From Eledone cirrhosa (taxonomy: Eukaryota): DNA of 64,000 nt. Shown one piece after another: positions 14,874 through 30,998 of the stretch (its first letter is position 1; each line of letters begins with the position of its first letter). The position numbers and the translations under genes were made by a program. The DNA lies in contig OZ024743.1 in assembly GCA_964016885.1 (NCBI GenBank), positions 272,304,001-272,368,000 on the forward strand, in the 5' to 3' direction. The notes under the pieces were generated by a model, which did no database searches, was not told the origin of the DNA, and was given only the letters and a program-made list of their open reading frames with translations.

Positions 14874-14920
<47 letters not shown>

Positions 14921-14987
14921 ATATATATGTATACATATGTATATATATGTATATATATATGTGTATGTGTGTGTGTATGTGTGTGTG

Positions 14988-15035
<48 letters not shown>

Positions 15036-15107
15036 CATGAGAGAGAGAGTGTGTGTGTGTATATATATTTTGTGTGTGGGTGTGTGTATGTGTGTATGCG
15101 CGCGTGA

Positions 15108-15173
<66 letters not shown>

Positions 15174-15198
15174 ATGTGTGTATGTGTATGTATGTGTG

Positions 15199-15257
<59 letters not shown>

Positions 15258-15388
15258 ATGTATATATATGTATGTATATATATGTGTGTATGTATATGTG
15301 TGTGTGTATATGTGCGTTATATGTCTGTATATATATGTGTATATTTATGTATAGGTCTGTGTATGTATGTGTATGTTTGTGTATGTAT

Positions 15389-15429
<41 letters not shown>

Positions 15430-16179
15430 CGTATGTATATGTGTATATGTATTTTATATATGTATGTATGTATGTATGTGTGTTTGTATGTGTGTGTACA
15501 TGAATATATATTTTTTTTATATATATTTATATATTTTTTATATATGTGTGTGTGTTTTTATGTGTGTATATGTGTTTGTGTGTGTGTTTATGGTTGCGCG
15601 TAAGTGTGTGAGTGAGTATGTGTGTTTTTTTGTTTTTTATGTGTGTTTTTTTGTTTTTTATGTGTGTTTTTTTGTTTTTCTGTTTTTTTGTTTTTTTGTT
15701 TTTTTGTTTTTTTGTGAATGTGTCTGTTGATTTTGGCATATTGTTGATTAGTTTAAGAGAAGTTCGAAGATAATAGTAAGATATGCACTCAGTATTTTGA
15801 ATCTGTCTGCAGAATTCCCTAGACCTTTGTCACTTAGTAGAACCTTAATGACTTTAGCTTTTAAAGAATCTCCCTCTTCTTTAATTCTATCGAGCTTGAC
15901 TGACCCCCCACTGATTTTATAGACATCTGTTAGCTTAAGAGAAACTTATTGACAAGGAATGGTATGCCATCCGGAACCTGTTAATAGAATTTTGTCTGCC
16001 TTTGTTACTCTAAAAACATAAATAAATATAAATAAAAATAAAAATTAACTATAGCTTTGTAGAATTAGCTTTTAATGAATTCCCTTTTCTATCAACCAAT
16101 GACCTGCACCCATCCAACTCCCCACCCTCTCCTACCACTTGTAGAGACCTATAAATACCATATTTATTTTTTGATACCC

Positions 16180-16230
16180 AGATTCCTGATGATTTCTAAT
16201 GAATGAAACAGTTCTAGTCCTGTAGAATCT
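16180..16230 (+). ncRNA. Type I hammerhead ribozyme of PLE-A
   Basis: Stem I AGATTC/GAATCT, CTGATGA (16186-16192), stem II TTC-TAAT-GAA, GAAA (16205-16208), stem III CAG/CTG, GUA site (16222-16224). Confidence 0.88.
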
Positions 16231-16598
16231 CATCTATATTAAAACTGTTATACTCTGCTATGTATTGAGTACCTTACTTACTGTGGTTACCTCCGATTCA
16301 ACCCGGAATAACGTATATATATATATATATATATATGTATATGCATATATATATGACAATGCTAGTGAGTAGGATCTAAGTTGCAGCCAAGGCAGCATCT
16401 CTCAAAAGAGGAATCCTCAGAAGCTTGCACGAGCACTCGATAAGATGATATCGATAAATCGATAAATTAAATCTTAGAGTAATAGACATACTTTAAAGAT
16501 GTGACAAACTGTGGCTAGGTAAAGAATGCCACAACAGCCACTAAAACAACGAAAATACAAACAGGATATATATATATATACATATATATATATATGTC

Positions 16599-16667
<69 letters not shown>

Positions 16668-16738
16668 ATCCCAGGGTCAATCAGGAGTAACCACAGTAAA
16701 TTTTCTTCGAATGAAACAGTTCTAGTCCTGTAGAAGGC

Positions 16739-16846
<108 letters not shown>

Positions 16847-16889
16847 AATAATATATATATATATATATACCTAATAATAATATATATAT

Positions 16890-16956
<67 letters not shown>

Positions 16957-17141
16957 GATAAATCTACCAAGAGTTTACGGTAGTGTCCAATCCGTATGAA
17001 GAACTCAATGTATTCCGGATATCATGGAAAGAAGAAATGTAATGAAAAATCACTTTCGGTGAAAGATAAACGGTATACAGAGTCAAGATAAAATATTAAA
17101 CAAATAATGAATAAACAATTTCTTATATTAAACAAAAAAAG

Positions 17142-17295
17142 TTCATTATTTAACGATCGTTTCTAGGATATATATGTGTTAGAGTTGGCATGCATATTCA
17201 ACAGATCTATGTACAAAATTATACAAAATTATACAAACTATCAAGATTAAATATACATACCAACACATATATACGCCGTCTTCAGAAATAATGAA
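17142..17295 (-). ncRNA. PLE-B hammerhead ribozyme, copy 1
   Basis: Reverse complement of 39406-39559. Confidence 0.8.
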
Positions 17296-17943
17296 ATATA
17301 TTTATTGATAATAACAACAATTCAAACTTTCAGGTCCGTTTGGGAACAAAATTGACCAATGAAAATACAAAAGGTTTAATGCCGTTCGGTGTGTGTATAT
17401 ACATGTAATAACCCTTACACATATTTTACAAAAATGTATGCACAACCTGTATACTCATACAAAAAGGATGGATGCAAATACAAAATTTCAAGGTTAATGT
17501 CTCTGTAAGTTTATAATGCACAGATAAGATGCGTATAGATACATAAATATGAAATAAATGTATACACATATTTTCATACTAACACATATCCGTACAATCA
17601 CACATATACGCGCGTATATGCATAAACATACACATAAACTACAAACATACAAACACACACACACCACCACTCACATATATATATGTGGATATAAAATCCT
17701 AAGCACATGGATATTAATTCACTCACATAAACATTGGCACACACATTTAGATAAAGATACAGAAATTAGGTGGGAGGGGGGGGGGGAGAAGTCAGTATTC
17801 AACGGTTTGGGCTGCCTGCTTAATATAGATGTATCTATAAACTAAGAAAATAAAAATAAAAAATAATAATAAATAATAAATAAACATTAAAAAGGAAAGA
17901 AAAGAAAAAGAAAAAAGAAAAAAGAAAAAAGAAATATATCAAG

Positions 17944-17980
<37 letters not shown>

Positions 17981-18205
17981 ATATATATATATCTATATAT
18001 ATATATACACATACATATATACATACATACACATACATACACACAACACACACACATATACATATACACATACACATATACAAACACATACATGCATATA
18101 CACACATCCACACTTAGAACATAACATACACACACATATATAAACATATACATATACACACATAGATACAAATACACACATACATATAAATACACATATA
18201 TATAT

Positions 18206-18282
<77 letters not shown>

Positions 18283-18569
18283 CACTCATACATAGGCATA
18301 TAATCACACATACTATATAGACACACATATATATACACACATACATACACATATACCTACACTTACATACATATATACATACAGATATACACATACATAC
18401 CTATATATACACACAAATACATACAGACATATATACATACATACAGACAAATACTTACGCATCTATATATCGGTATATACATACAAACACCACTACACTC
18501 TCACACAACTCAGACATACAAAGAAAAAGGTATATACCCATACACATATACATATACAAATAGAGAAAC

Positions 18570-18630
<61 letters not shown>

Positions 18631-18860
18631 CATACACATACATATACACATACACACATACACATACAAACACATACATACATGTACACACACATAGATA
18701 TATATACACACACACATACACACATACACATACATATATTGTCATACACACACATACACCTACACGAACATACACATACACATATACAAAGATATATATA
18801 TACACACACACACACATACACACACACACATATATATAAAAAAAATAAAAAAAATAAAGA

Positions 18861-18926
<66 letters not shown>

Positions 18927-19548
18927 CATACACATACATACACACATACATAGACATATATGTACATACATACATATACATAGATACATACACATACATA
19001 CATACATATATATATACACACATAGACATATACATACATACACACACAACATACATACACACATATATACACTCATACATAGAATTAGATATATAAACAT
19101 ACATACATACGCACTTACATATACTCATATATACCAATACAAACGCATCCATATATGCGTATATACATAGAAACACCACTACACCCTCACCCAATTCAGA
19201 TATACAAAGAAAAAGGTATATACATATACATATATACACGCATCAATAGAGATATATATACACATGTATATATATATATATATATATGTGTGTACACACA
19301 TACACTTATATACATATACCCACACACACATACAACCATAAATACACATACAAACACCCACATATATTAATATATACACACATATATATATATACACACA
19401 CACATAAAAGACAGACATGCACACATATATATTTTTTTACACATATATAAACACATATATATACATATACACACCCTCACATATACACATACACATAAGT
19501 TATATTATAATAATAAATAATATATATATATATATACACATACACATA

Positions 19549-19612
<64 letters not shown>

Positions 19613-19917
19613 TATGAATATAGACATATAAACACACATAGATATATATACATACATATATACACATACATATACATACACACACATATACACATTCACA
19701 TATACATGTGTGTGCATACACACATATATATACATACACATATATACACATAAACACATATATGTGTATACATGCACACACACACATATATCCACATAGA
19801 TACGAAGATATACATATAAATAGAGAGACATACATATATATACACACACACACACATATACATACATACATACACACACATATATATATATATACATATA
19901 CATACATATATATATAC

Positions 19918-19958
<41 letters not shown>

Positions 19959-21301
19959 CAGACATAAACATACACATACATATACACACATGCATATATA
20001 CACACATATACACATACATACACACACACATATATATATACACACAATCATACATTCTTATTTGCATGCGCATATATGTATTTTTACATTCAGATATAAA
20101 TACCCAAATATATATACACCTACCTACATATATATTCATACATACACGCTTACAAACACAGATGATAATAGTATGGGGGAAAGGGGGGGGGGGTTGGAGA
20201 AGGGGATTATAGTAAATATATGTTTCAAGAAACATAGAATATTATCTGTATCTAGATCCAATGTATGTTTATACATAGTATCAGTGTTAGGAAATACAAT
20301 AAACAAGGAATAAGGCAAAATTTATGCAATTCAAAATAAATAAGTATACCATTAATTATATGTTAACTAAACCAAAGATAGTTAACATATTGATTTCTAA
20401 GGTGTAAATTAGTTAGGTTTATAATATTTGAAGCAGAATTTTGAAGTTAAATAGTAGTAGAGTATTAATTATAGTATAACTAAATTAAAGTTAATAACTT
20501 TATGGTATCAATATTAGGAAATGAATTTAGTAATAGGGAAAAAACAAATAAAGTATTACATCGGTAGTAGAATATAAAATATAGGTTAATTAAATTAAAA
20601 ATTATATATTTATTTCTATAGTATATGTTAATTAGGTATATAATAAATAAAACAGATATTGTATTTTATCAATAGCAGAATATAATTATATGCAAATAGA
20701 AATCAAAATTAATACATATACATATACATATACATACACATATATATATACACATATATATACATATATCTATACATATATACACATACATATACGCACA
20801 TACATACACATATACATATACATATACATATTTTTTCAAAAATTGCAAAGAATATATTAACTAGGTATAAATCCAAAACACATCCCATTCTATGATTAGA
20901 TGACATTCTGCAATTCGTCTGTATAAGGATATTAATTTTAAGCCAATTAAATTAAATTTTTAGGTTGATCAAAATTAAAACCAAATTATAAATATATTTC
21001 TAAAATGTATATTAATTAGGTCTATATTACTAAAAATTATTTCTCTGTCATTGGATACACTATATTTTGTTATATTTTATCTGTAAAAGAATTATAATAA
21101 AAAAAATTATAATAAAAGGTTTAAGTAAATTAAAATTAATCTATAAATTAAAATACTAAGTATATATTAGTAATATTTAAAGGTTTTTCACAATTTATGA
21201 TTACATAATATTTTATATTCTCATCTGTAGTAGAATTTTAATTAAATTAAATTTATAGGTTAACTAACATTTAAATTAAATTAATTTCTAAAATAATGTT
21301 A

Positions 21302-23754
21302 TTAATTAGGTTTATAATATTTAAATGTTTTTTTTAGTTTATGATTACACGATATAATTAATTCCTGTCGTTTATTTAATAGGATATCCTTAGATTTCAT
21401 TATTTCAAATAGTTCTTGGGAACATAATCTACATTCATTTCTATTATTTTGATAAGGGGTGGCTCTTTTGAGCACACTCCAGGTCAAATCATATTCTATA
21501 TTCTTATTTTTATAACTATTGATTTTTTCTGCTAGAGATGTTGTATTAGCCAGTGCGGCATTTTTAAAACTATGCTTATGGGTATTAAACCTTGTCTTAA
21601 AATTGTTAGAGGTAGCTCCTATATATGAGCAAATAGAATCTTTAGTTTTAACATTACATTTATAGACTATGTTGTTAACAAGACAATTCCCTTTTAATGG
21701 GCAGTTTACTTTGTTTCTACAGTTTACTTTGTTTCTACCTTTCGTTAATTCTGTATTTGAGGAGATATTATGGTTAATTTGATGTACTGGTGGTATACTT
21801 ATGGTTTTCTTACATTTATATGCATTATAGGCACTTATATTTTGTTTTATGTTATTTGTTGTAGAGTATGAGAATTTAACTGTAGACCTATTTAAGATTT
21901 GATGGTATTTGTGGTTTGGCGGGAAGTTTTTCTCTAGGATATAAAAAAATTTTTTAGCAATATTATCCTTAATTTGTAAATTAAATGGAGCATTATACCA
22001 AGTAACCCTTCTATTACGGTTTCTATGTTGTTTATTATTTTTATTATTTTTATAGGTTGTATCGTGATTTTTACTAGGAGGATTAATGTTAATGAACTCA
22101 CCACAACCATTTTTAGTTATATTTGTAGATTTAGGTGTTTTATCCTTTTTATTAGGAGTTTTATTAATATGATAAGTAGTTTTTTGAGAGTTACTATACT
22201 TTATATTAGAAGATTTGGTATTTTGGGGTATAGTGTGGGTGGCATTTAGGTGTGTACTTTTCATTTGGTGTTTGTTGGTAATATTAGGTTGTATGCTTTC
22301 AGTATTTTTAGTAGAAGGTATATATTCTAATCTATTTTTGTGGCCACTTCTATCTAGAGCTTCGTTATAGAAGGTCGCATTTTTATCAAATACATCTTGG
22401 TTAGAAGAAAGGTTAGAAATTCTAAGTGATATATTATATGCAAGGTTTTTAAGGATAGATTTAGGGTGATTAGATTGTGAGTGTATGTAATGTAAGTTTT
22501 GGTTTGGTTTATGGTAAGGTTGGTATATACCCGTAGCTAAATCTAAAGTTATATCTAGGAAATTTACTACTTTACTTGTTTTTTCAAAAGTAATATTAAG
22601 ATTATAATAGTCTTTAAGGAAAGTTCTAATATGTTTTTTTTTTTTTCAATTTCTGAAAGGCTAAGGTTGTTAGAAAGAAGAAGACAGTCATCACGATATA
22701 AACCACCTTTGAGGTGGGGAAAGGAGGCATTTATGTTGAAAAGGAGAAAGAGGCCCACAAGATCAGTAATTTGGGCGGAATCGCTTGAACCCATAGTAAT
22801 ATCAAAAAGATTACTATATGTGTTTCTGGTCCAGTATTCATTCTGAAATTCAATAAGTGTTAGTCTAGCATGTGTAATAATATTAATGTCATCCAAAGTT
22901 AAGTTAGATCTATTTTTAGCAAATATCAATGCTTTGTTCAGGAGTATAGGTGATATAGAAGAATAGTAATTATCTATATCAAATTGTAGAAATGAAGCAG
23001 AAGATTTACATCTAATATTTTTAAACCAGTTAATTACCTGGGAGGTGTTTTCCCAGAGTGGTAAAATAACGTGTTTTCTTATTTGTGGGATGACTCTATC
23101 CAAAATTTTTTTGCTAATTATTCCAATATCTGATTTGGAGGGACATATAAGTCTAATAGAAGGATTTGAGTTAAAATTAGATTTATGATCCTTCAGGTTG
23201 AAGTGTGGTCTTTTCAATGCCAAAGGTTCAGTTCTATCTTCAATGTTTAGTTTTTTTACTATGTTGTGTGTTTTGTTGTTGATGTTGGTGAGTGACGCAT
23301 TATTAGATTTTTTATAATTTTTTCTGAGTTCTTTATATATGAATTCATTATAATGTTCAATATCCATATGATACAAGTTACCAGTTTTGTCCGAGTGGAC
23401 ATGGATTTTTTTAGACTTTTTTAGGTCCAATAGGGTAGAATCAAGGTCCTTTTGAAAGACGGATTTATACTTTTTAAATTTGAGGTGTTTAATTAAATTA
23501 AAAAGATCTTTCTCGAAGTCTTCAAGTAAAAAGTTGTGTGGTGGATTCTTGTAAGTATTGAAACCATACATATATTTCCGATCTGCTTGTTTAGATTTTC
23601 TATCGAAGTGGTAGGCTCTCCATCTAACCCTTCTGATAAAATTATTAGTTTTCTGAATCATAAGGAGTAAGAAGTCATCCTTAGAAGGTATTGGTATGTT
23701 TTTTAAAGAGGTTCCTAAATATTGTTTTTCCATTGTGATATGGATGATGGACAA
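21302..23754 (-). pseudogene. PLE-B RT/GIY-YIG ORF copy with one frameshift
   Basis: Near-identical to 28225..30678. The frame is lost in the T homopolymer at about 22634-22646, which could be real or a sequencing error. Confidence 0.88.
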
Positions 23755-24074
23755 TTGAAAGAGCTCAACTAAATGTATATGGGTTTATAAAATCATACAT
23801 ATATATGTATATACATAAATATAAAATTAATACACACATACAGTACAAAAATACGAATATTTCCGTGAAAATAGGAGCAAAATTATGTAGATAAATCTAC
23901 CAAGAGTTTACGGTAGTGTCCAATCCGTATGAAGAACTCAATGTATTCCGGATATCATGGAAAGAAGAAATGTAATGAAAAATCACTTTCGGTGAAAGAT
24001 AAACGGTATACAGAGTCAAGATAAAATATTAAACAAATAATGAATAAACAATTTCTTATATTAAACAAAAAAAG

Positions 24075-24228
24075 TTCATTATTTAACGATCGTTTCTAGG
24101 ATATATATGTGTTAGAGTTGGCATGCATATTCAACAGATCTATGTACAAAATTATACAAAATTATACAAACTATCAAGATTAAATATACATACCAACACA
24201 TATATACGCCGTCTTCAGAAATAATGAA
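24075..24228 (-). ncRNA. PLE-B hammerhead ribozyme, copy 2
   Basis: Reverse complement of 39406-39559. Confidence 0.8.
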
Positions 24229-24874
24229 ATATATTTATTGATAATAACAACAATTCAAACTTTCAGGTCCGTTTGGGAACAAAATTGACCAATGAAAATA
24301 CAAAAGGTTTAATGCCGTTCGGTGTGTGTATATACATGTAATAACCCTTACACATATTTTACAAAAATGTATGCACAACCTGTATACTCATACAAAAAGG
24401 ATGGATGCAAATACAAAATTTCAAGGTTAATGTCTCTGTAAGTTTATAATGCACAGATAAGATGCGTATAGATACATAAATATGAAATAAATGTATACAC
24501 ATATTTTCATACTAACACATATCCGTACAATCACACATATACGCGCGTATATGCATAAACATACACATAAACTACAAACATACAAACACACACACACCAC
24601 CACTCACATATATATATGTGGATATAAAATCCTAAGCACATGGATATTAATTCACTCACATAAACATTGGCACACACATTTAGATAAAGATACAGAAATT
24701 AGGTGGGAGGGGGGGGGGAGAGGTCAGTATTCAACGGTTTGGGCTGCCTGCTTAATATAGATGTATCTATAAACTAAGAAAATAAAAATAAAAAATAATA
24801 ATAAATAATAAATAAACATTAAAAAGGAAAGAAAAGAAAAAGAAAAAAGAAAAAAGAAAAAGAAATATATCAAG

Positions 24875-24913
<39 letters not shown>

Positions 24914-25138
24914 ATATATATATATCTATATATATATATACACATACATATATACATACATACACATACATACACACAACACACACACATATACATATAC
25001 ACATACACATATACAAACACATACATGCATATACACACATCCACACTTAGAACATAACATACACACACATATATAAACATATACATATACACACATAGAT
25101 ACAAATACACACATACATATAAATACACATATATATAT

Positions 25139-25201
<63 letters not shown>

Positions 25202-25488
25202 CACTCATACATAGGCATATAATCACACATACTATATAGACACACATATATATACACACATACATACACATATACCTACACTTACATACATATATACATA
25301 CAGATATACACATACATACCTATATATACACACAAATACATACAGACATATATACATACATACAGACAAATACTTACGCATCTATATATCGGTATATACA
25401 TACAAACACCACTACACTCTCACACAACTCAGACATACAAAGAAAAAGGTATATACCCATACACATATACATATACAAATAGAGAAAC

Positions 25489-25549
<61 letters not shown>

Positions 25550-25779
25550 CATACACATACATATACACATACACACATACACATACAAACACATACATAC
25601 ATGTACACACACATAGATATATATACACACACACATACACACATACACATACATATATTGTCATACACACACATACACCTACACGAACATACACATACAC
25701 ATATACAAAGATATATATATACACACACACACACATACACACACACACATATATATAAAAAAAATAAAAAAAATAAAGA

Positions 25780-25845
<66 letters not shown>

Positions 25846-26465
25846 CATACACATACATACACACATACATAGACATATATGTACATACATACATATACAT
25901 AGATACATACACATACATACATACATATATATATACACACATAGACATATACATACATACACACACAACATACATACACACATATATACACTCATACATA
26001 GAATTAGATATATAAACATACATACATACGCACTTACATATACTCATATATACCAATACAAACGCATCCATATATGCGTATATACATAGAAACACCACTA
26101 CACCCTCACCCAATTCAGATATACAAAGAAAAAGGTATATACATATACATATATACACGCATCAATAGAGATATATATACACATATATATATATATATAT
26201 ATATATGTGTGTACACACATACACTTATATACATATACCCACACACACATACAACCATAAATACACATACAAACACCCACATATATTAATATATACACAC
26301 ATATATATATATACACACACACATAAAAGACAGACATGCACACATATATATTTTTTTACACATATATAAACACATATATATACATATACACACCCTCACA
26401 TATACACATACACATAAGTTATATTATAATAATAAATAATATATATATATATATACACATACACA

Positions 26466-26529
<64 letters not shown>

Positions 26530-26838
26530 TATGAATATAGACATATAAACACACATAGATATATATACATACATATATACACATACATATACATACACAC
26601 ACATATACACATTCACATATACATGTGTGTGCATACACACATATATATACATACACATATATACACATAAACACATATATGTGTATACATGCACACACAC
26701 ACATATATCCACATAGATACGAAGATATACATATAAATAGAGAGACATACATATATATACACACAAACACACATATACATACATACATACATACACACAC
26801 ATATATATATATATACATATACATACATATATATATAC

Positions 26839-26881
<43 letters not shown>

Positions 26882-28224
26882 CAGACATAAACATACACAT
26901 ACATATACACACATGCATATATACACACATATACACATACATACACACACACATATATATATACACACAATCATACATTCTTATTTGCATGCGCATATAT
27001 GTATTTTTACATTCAGATATAAATACCCAAATATATATACACCTACCTACATATATATTCATACATACACGCTTACAAACACAGATGATAATAGTATGGG
27101 GGAAAGGGGGGGGGGGTTGGAGAAGGGGATTATAGTAAATATATGTTTCAAGAAACATAGAATATTATCTGTATCTAGATCCAATGTATGTTTATACATA
27201 GTATCAGTGTTAGGAAATACAATAAACAAGGAATAAGGCAAAATTTATGCAATTCAAAATAAATAAGTATACCATTAATTATATGTTAACTAAACCAAAG
27301 ATAGTTAACATATTGATTTCTAAGGTGTAAATTAGTTAGGTTTATAATATTTGAAGCAGAATTTTGAAGTTAAATAGTAGTAGAGTATTAATTATAGTAT
27401 AACTAAATTAAAGTTAATAACTTTATGGTATCAATATTAGGAAATGAATTTAGTAATAGGGAAAAAACAAATAAAGTATTACATCGGTAGTAGAATATAA
27501 AATATAGGTTAATTAAATTAAAAATTATATATTTATTTCTATAGTATATGTTAATTAGGTATATAATAAATAAAACAGATATTGTATTTTATCAATAGCA
27601 GAATATAATTATATGCAAATAGAAATCAAAATTAATACATATACATATACATATACATACACATATATATATACACATATATATACATATATCTATACAT
27701 ATATACACATACATATACGCACATACATACACATATACATATACATATACATATTTTTTCAAAAATTGCAAAGAATATATTAACTAGGTATAAATCCAAA
27801 ACACATCCCATTCTATGATTAGATGACATTCTGCAATTCGTCTGTATAAGGATATTAATTTTAAGCCAATTAAATTAAATTTTTAGGTTGATCAAAATTA
27901 AAACCAAATTATAAATATATTTCTAAAATGTATATTAATTAGGTCTATATTACTAAAAATTATTTCTCTGTCATTGGATACACTATATTTTGTTATATTT
28001 TATCTGTAAAAGAATTATAATAAAAAAAATTATAATAAAAGGTTTAAGTAAATTAAAATTAATCTATAAATTAAAATACTAAGTATATATTAGTAATATT
28101 TAAAGGTTTTTCACAATTTATGATTACATAATATTTTATATTCTCATCTGTAGTAGAATTTTAATTAAATTAAATTTATAGGTTAACTAACATTTAAATT
28201 AAATTAATTTCTAAAATAATGTTA

Positions 28225-30678
28225 TTAATTAGGTTTATAATATTTAAATGTTTTTTTTAGTTTATGATTACACGATATAATTAATTCCTGTCGTTTATTT
28301 AATAGGATATCCTTAGATTTCATTATTTCAAATAGTTCTTGGGAACATAATCTACATTCATTTCTATTATTTTGATAAGGGGTGGCTCTTTTGAGCACAC
28401 TCCAGGTCAAATCATATTCTATATTCTTATTTTTATAACTATTGATTTTTTCTGCTAGAGATGTTGTATTAGCCAGTGCGGCATTTTTAAAACTATGCTT
28501 ATGGGTATTAAACCTTGTCTTAAAATTGTTAGAGGTAGCTCCTATATATGAGCAAATAGAATCTTTAGTTTTAACATTACATTTATAGACTATGTTGTTA
28601 ACAAGACAATTCCCTTTTAATGGGCAGTTTACTTTGTTTCTACAGTTTACTTTGTTTCTACCTTTCGTTAATTCTGTATTTGAGGAGATATTATGGTTAA
28701 TTTGATGTACTGGTGGTATACTTATGGTTTTCTTACATTTATATGCATTATAGGCACTTATATTTTGTTTTATGTTATTTGTTGTAGAGTATGAGAATTT
28801 AACTGTAGACCTATTTAAGATTTGATGGTATTTGTGGTTTGGCGGGAAGTTTTTCTCTAGGATATAAAAAAATTTTTTAGCAATATTATCCTTAATTTGT
28901 AAATTAAATGGAGCATTATACCAAGTAACCCGTCTATTACGGTTTCTATGTTGTTTATTATTTTTATTATTTTTATAGGTTGTATCGTGATTTTTACTAG
29001 GAGGATTAATGTTAATGAACTCACCACAACCACTTTTAGTTATATTTGTAGATTTAGGTGTTTTATCCTTTTTATTAGGAGTTTTATTAATATGATAAGT
29101 AGTTTTTTGAGAGTTACTATACTTTATATTAGAAGATTTGGTATTTTGGGGTATAGTGTGGGTGGCATTTAGGTGTGTACTTTTCATTTGGTGTTTGTTG
29201 GTAATATTAGGTTGTATGCTTTCAGTATTTTTAGTAGAAGGTATATATTCTAATCTATTTTTGTGGCCACTTCTATCTAGAGCTTCGTTATAGAAGGTCG
29301 CATTTTTATCAAATACATCTTGGTTAGAAGAAAGGTTAGAAATTCTAAGTGATATATTATATGCAAGGTTTTTAAGGATAGATTTAGGGTGATTAGATTG
29401 TGAGTGTATGTAATGTAAGTTTTGGTTTGGTTTATGGTAAGGTTGGTATATACCCGTAGCTAAATCTAAAGTTATATCTAGGAAATTTACTACTTTACTT
29501 GTTTTTTCAAAAGTAATATTAAGATTATAATAGTCTTTAAGGAAAGTTCTAATATGTTTTTTGTTTTTTTCAATTTCTGAAAGGCTAAGGTTGTTAGAAA
29601 GAAGAAGACAGTCATCACGATATAAACCACCTTTGAAGTGGGGAAAGGAGGCATTTATGTTGAAAAGGAGAAAGAGGCCCACAAGATCAGTAATTTGGGC
29701 GGAATCGCTTGAACCCATAGTAATATCAAAAAGATTGCTATATGTGTTTCTGGTCCAGTATTCATTCTGAAATTCAATAAGTGTTAGTCTAGCATGTGTA
29801 ATAATATTAATGTCATCCAAAGTTAAGTTAGATCTATTTTTAGCAAATATCAATGCTTTGTTCAGGAGTATAGGTGATATAGAAGAATAGTAATTATCTA
29901 TATCAAATTGTAGAAATGAAGCAGAAGATTTACATCTAATATTTTTAAACCAGTTAATTACCTGGGAGGTGTTTTCCCAGAGTGGTAAAATAACGTGTTT
30001 TCTTATTTGTGGGATGACTCTATCCAAAATTTTTTTGCTAATTATTCCAATATCTGATTTGGAGGGACATATAAGTCTAATAGAAGGATTTGAGTTAAAA
30101 TTAGATTTATGATCCTTCAGGTTGAAGTGTGGTCTTTTTAATGCCAAAGGTTCAGTTCTATCTTCAATGTTTAGTTTTTTTACTATGTTGTGTGTTTTGT
30201 TGTTGATGTTGGTGAGTGACGCATTATTAGATTTTTTATAATTTTTTCTGAGTTCTTTATATATGAATTCATTATAATGTTCAATATCCATATGATACAA
30301 GTTACCAGTTTTGTCCGAGTGGACATGGATTTTTTTAGACTTTTTTAGGTCCAATAGGGTAGAATCAAGGTCCTTTTGAAAGACGGATTTATACTTTTTA
30401 AATTTGAGGTGTTTAATTAAATTAAAAAGGTCTTTCTCGAAGTCTTCAAGTAAAAAGTTGTGTGGTGGATTCTTGTAAGTATTGAAACCATACATATATT
30501 TCCGATCTGCTTGTTTAGATTTTCTATCGAAGTGGTAGGCTCTCCATCTAACCCTTCTGATAAAATTATTAGTTTTCTGAATCATAAGGAGTAAGAAGTC
30601 ATCCTTAGAAGGTATTGGTATGTTTTTTAAAGAGGTTCCTAAATATTGTTTTTCCATTGTGATATGGATGATGGACAA
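28225..30678 (-). CDS. Penelope-like reverse transcriptase with C-terminal GIY-YIG endonuclease (817 aa; first ATG at 30657), possibly Hydra-type clade
   Basis: SDKTG, KDHK..F...P..RLI, QFDIDNYY (A), MGSSDS (B'), GGLYRDD (C), NFLDITLDL (E), SNHP, WYNAPF, Cys linker, IVYKC...SYIGAT, CRLC-x2-E, CNH. The clade assignment is recalled, not tested. Confidence 0.93.
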   Translation of the reverse strand: MSIIHITMEKQYLGTSLKNIPIPSKDDFLLLMIQKTNNFIRRVRWRAYHFDRKSKQADRKYMYGFNTYKNPPHNFLLEDFEKDLFNLIKHLKFKKYKSVFQKDLDSTLLDLKKSKKIHVHSDKTGNLYHMDIEHYNEFIYKELRKNYKKSNNASLTNINNKTHNIVKKLNIEDRTEPLALKRPHFNLKDHKSNFNSNPSIRLICPSKSDIGIISKKILDRVIPQIRKHVILPLWENTSQVINWFKNIRCKSSASFLQFDIDNYYSSISPILLNKALIFAKNRSNLTLDDINIITHARLTLIEFQNEYWTRNTYSNLFDITMGSSDSAQITDLVGLFLLFNINASFPHFKGGLYRDDCLLLSNNLSLSEIEKNKKHIRTFLKDYYNLNITFEKTSKVVNFLDITLDLATGIYQPYHKPNQNLHYIHSQSNHPKSILKNLAYNISLRISNLSSNQDVFDKNATFYNEALDRSGHKNRLEYIPSTKNTESIQPNITNKHQMKSTHLNATHTIPQNTKSSNIKYSNSQKTTYHINKTPNKKDKTPKSTNITKSGCGEFININPPSKNHDTTYKNNKNNKQHRNRNRRVTWYNAPFNLQIKDNIAKKFFYILEKNFPPNHKYHQILNRSTVKFSYSTTNNIKQNISAYNAYKCKKTISIPPVHQINHNISSNTELTKGRNKVNCRNKVNCPLKGNCLVNNIVYKCNVKTKDSICSYIGATSNNFKTRFNTHKHSFKNAALANTTSLAEKINSYKNKNIEYDLTWSVLKRATPYQNNRNECRLCSQELFEIMKSKDILLNKRQELIISCNHKLKKTFKYYKPN

Positions 30679-30998
30679 TTGAAAGAGCTCAACTAAATGT
30701 ATATGGGTTTATAAAATCATACATATATATGTATATACATAAATATAAAATTAATACACACATACAGTACAAAAATACGAATATTTCCGTGAAAATAGGA
30801 GCAAAATTATGTAGATAAATCTACCAAGAGTTTACGGTAGTGTCCAATCCGTATGAAGAACTCAATGTATTCCGGATATCATGGAAAGAAGAAATGTAAT
30901 GAAAAATCACTTTCGGTGAAAGATAAACGGTATACAGAGTCAAGATAAAATATTAAACAAATAATGAATAAACAATTTCTTATATTAAACAAAAAAAG

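Larger units (their letters stand above)
9285..16313 (+). mobile_element. Penelope-like element PLE-A, right arm, 5'-truncated, interrupted by a LINE
   Basis: RT fragment, GIY-YIG, stop at 10278, microsatellite-rich 3' UTR, HHR at 16180-16230, end at about 16313 before (TA)n. Confidence 0.88.
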
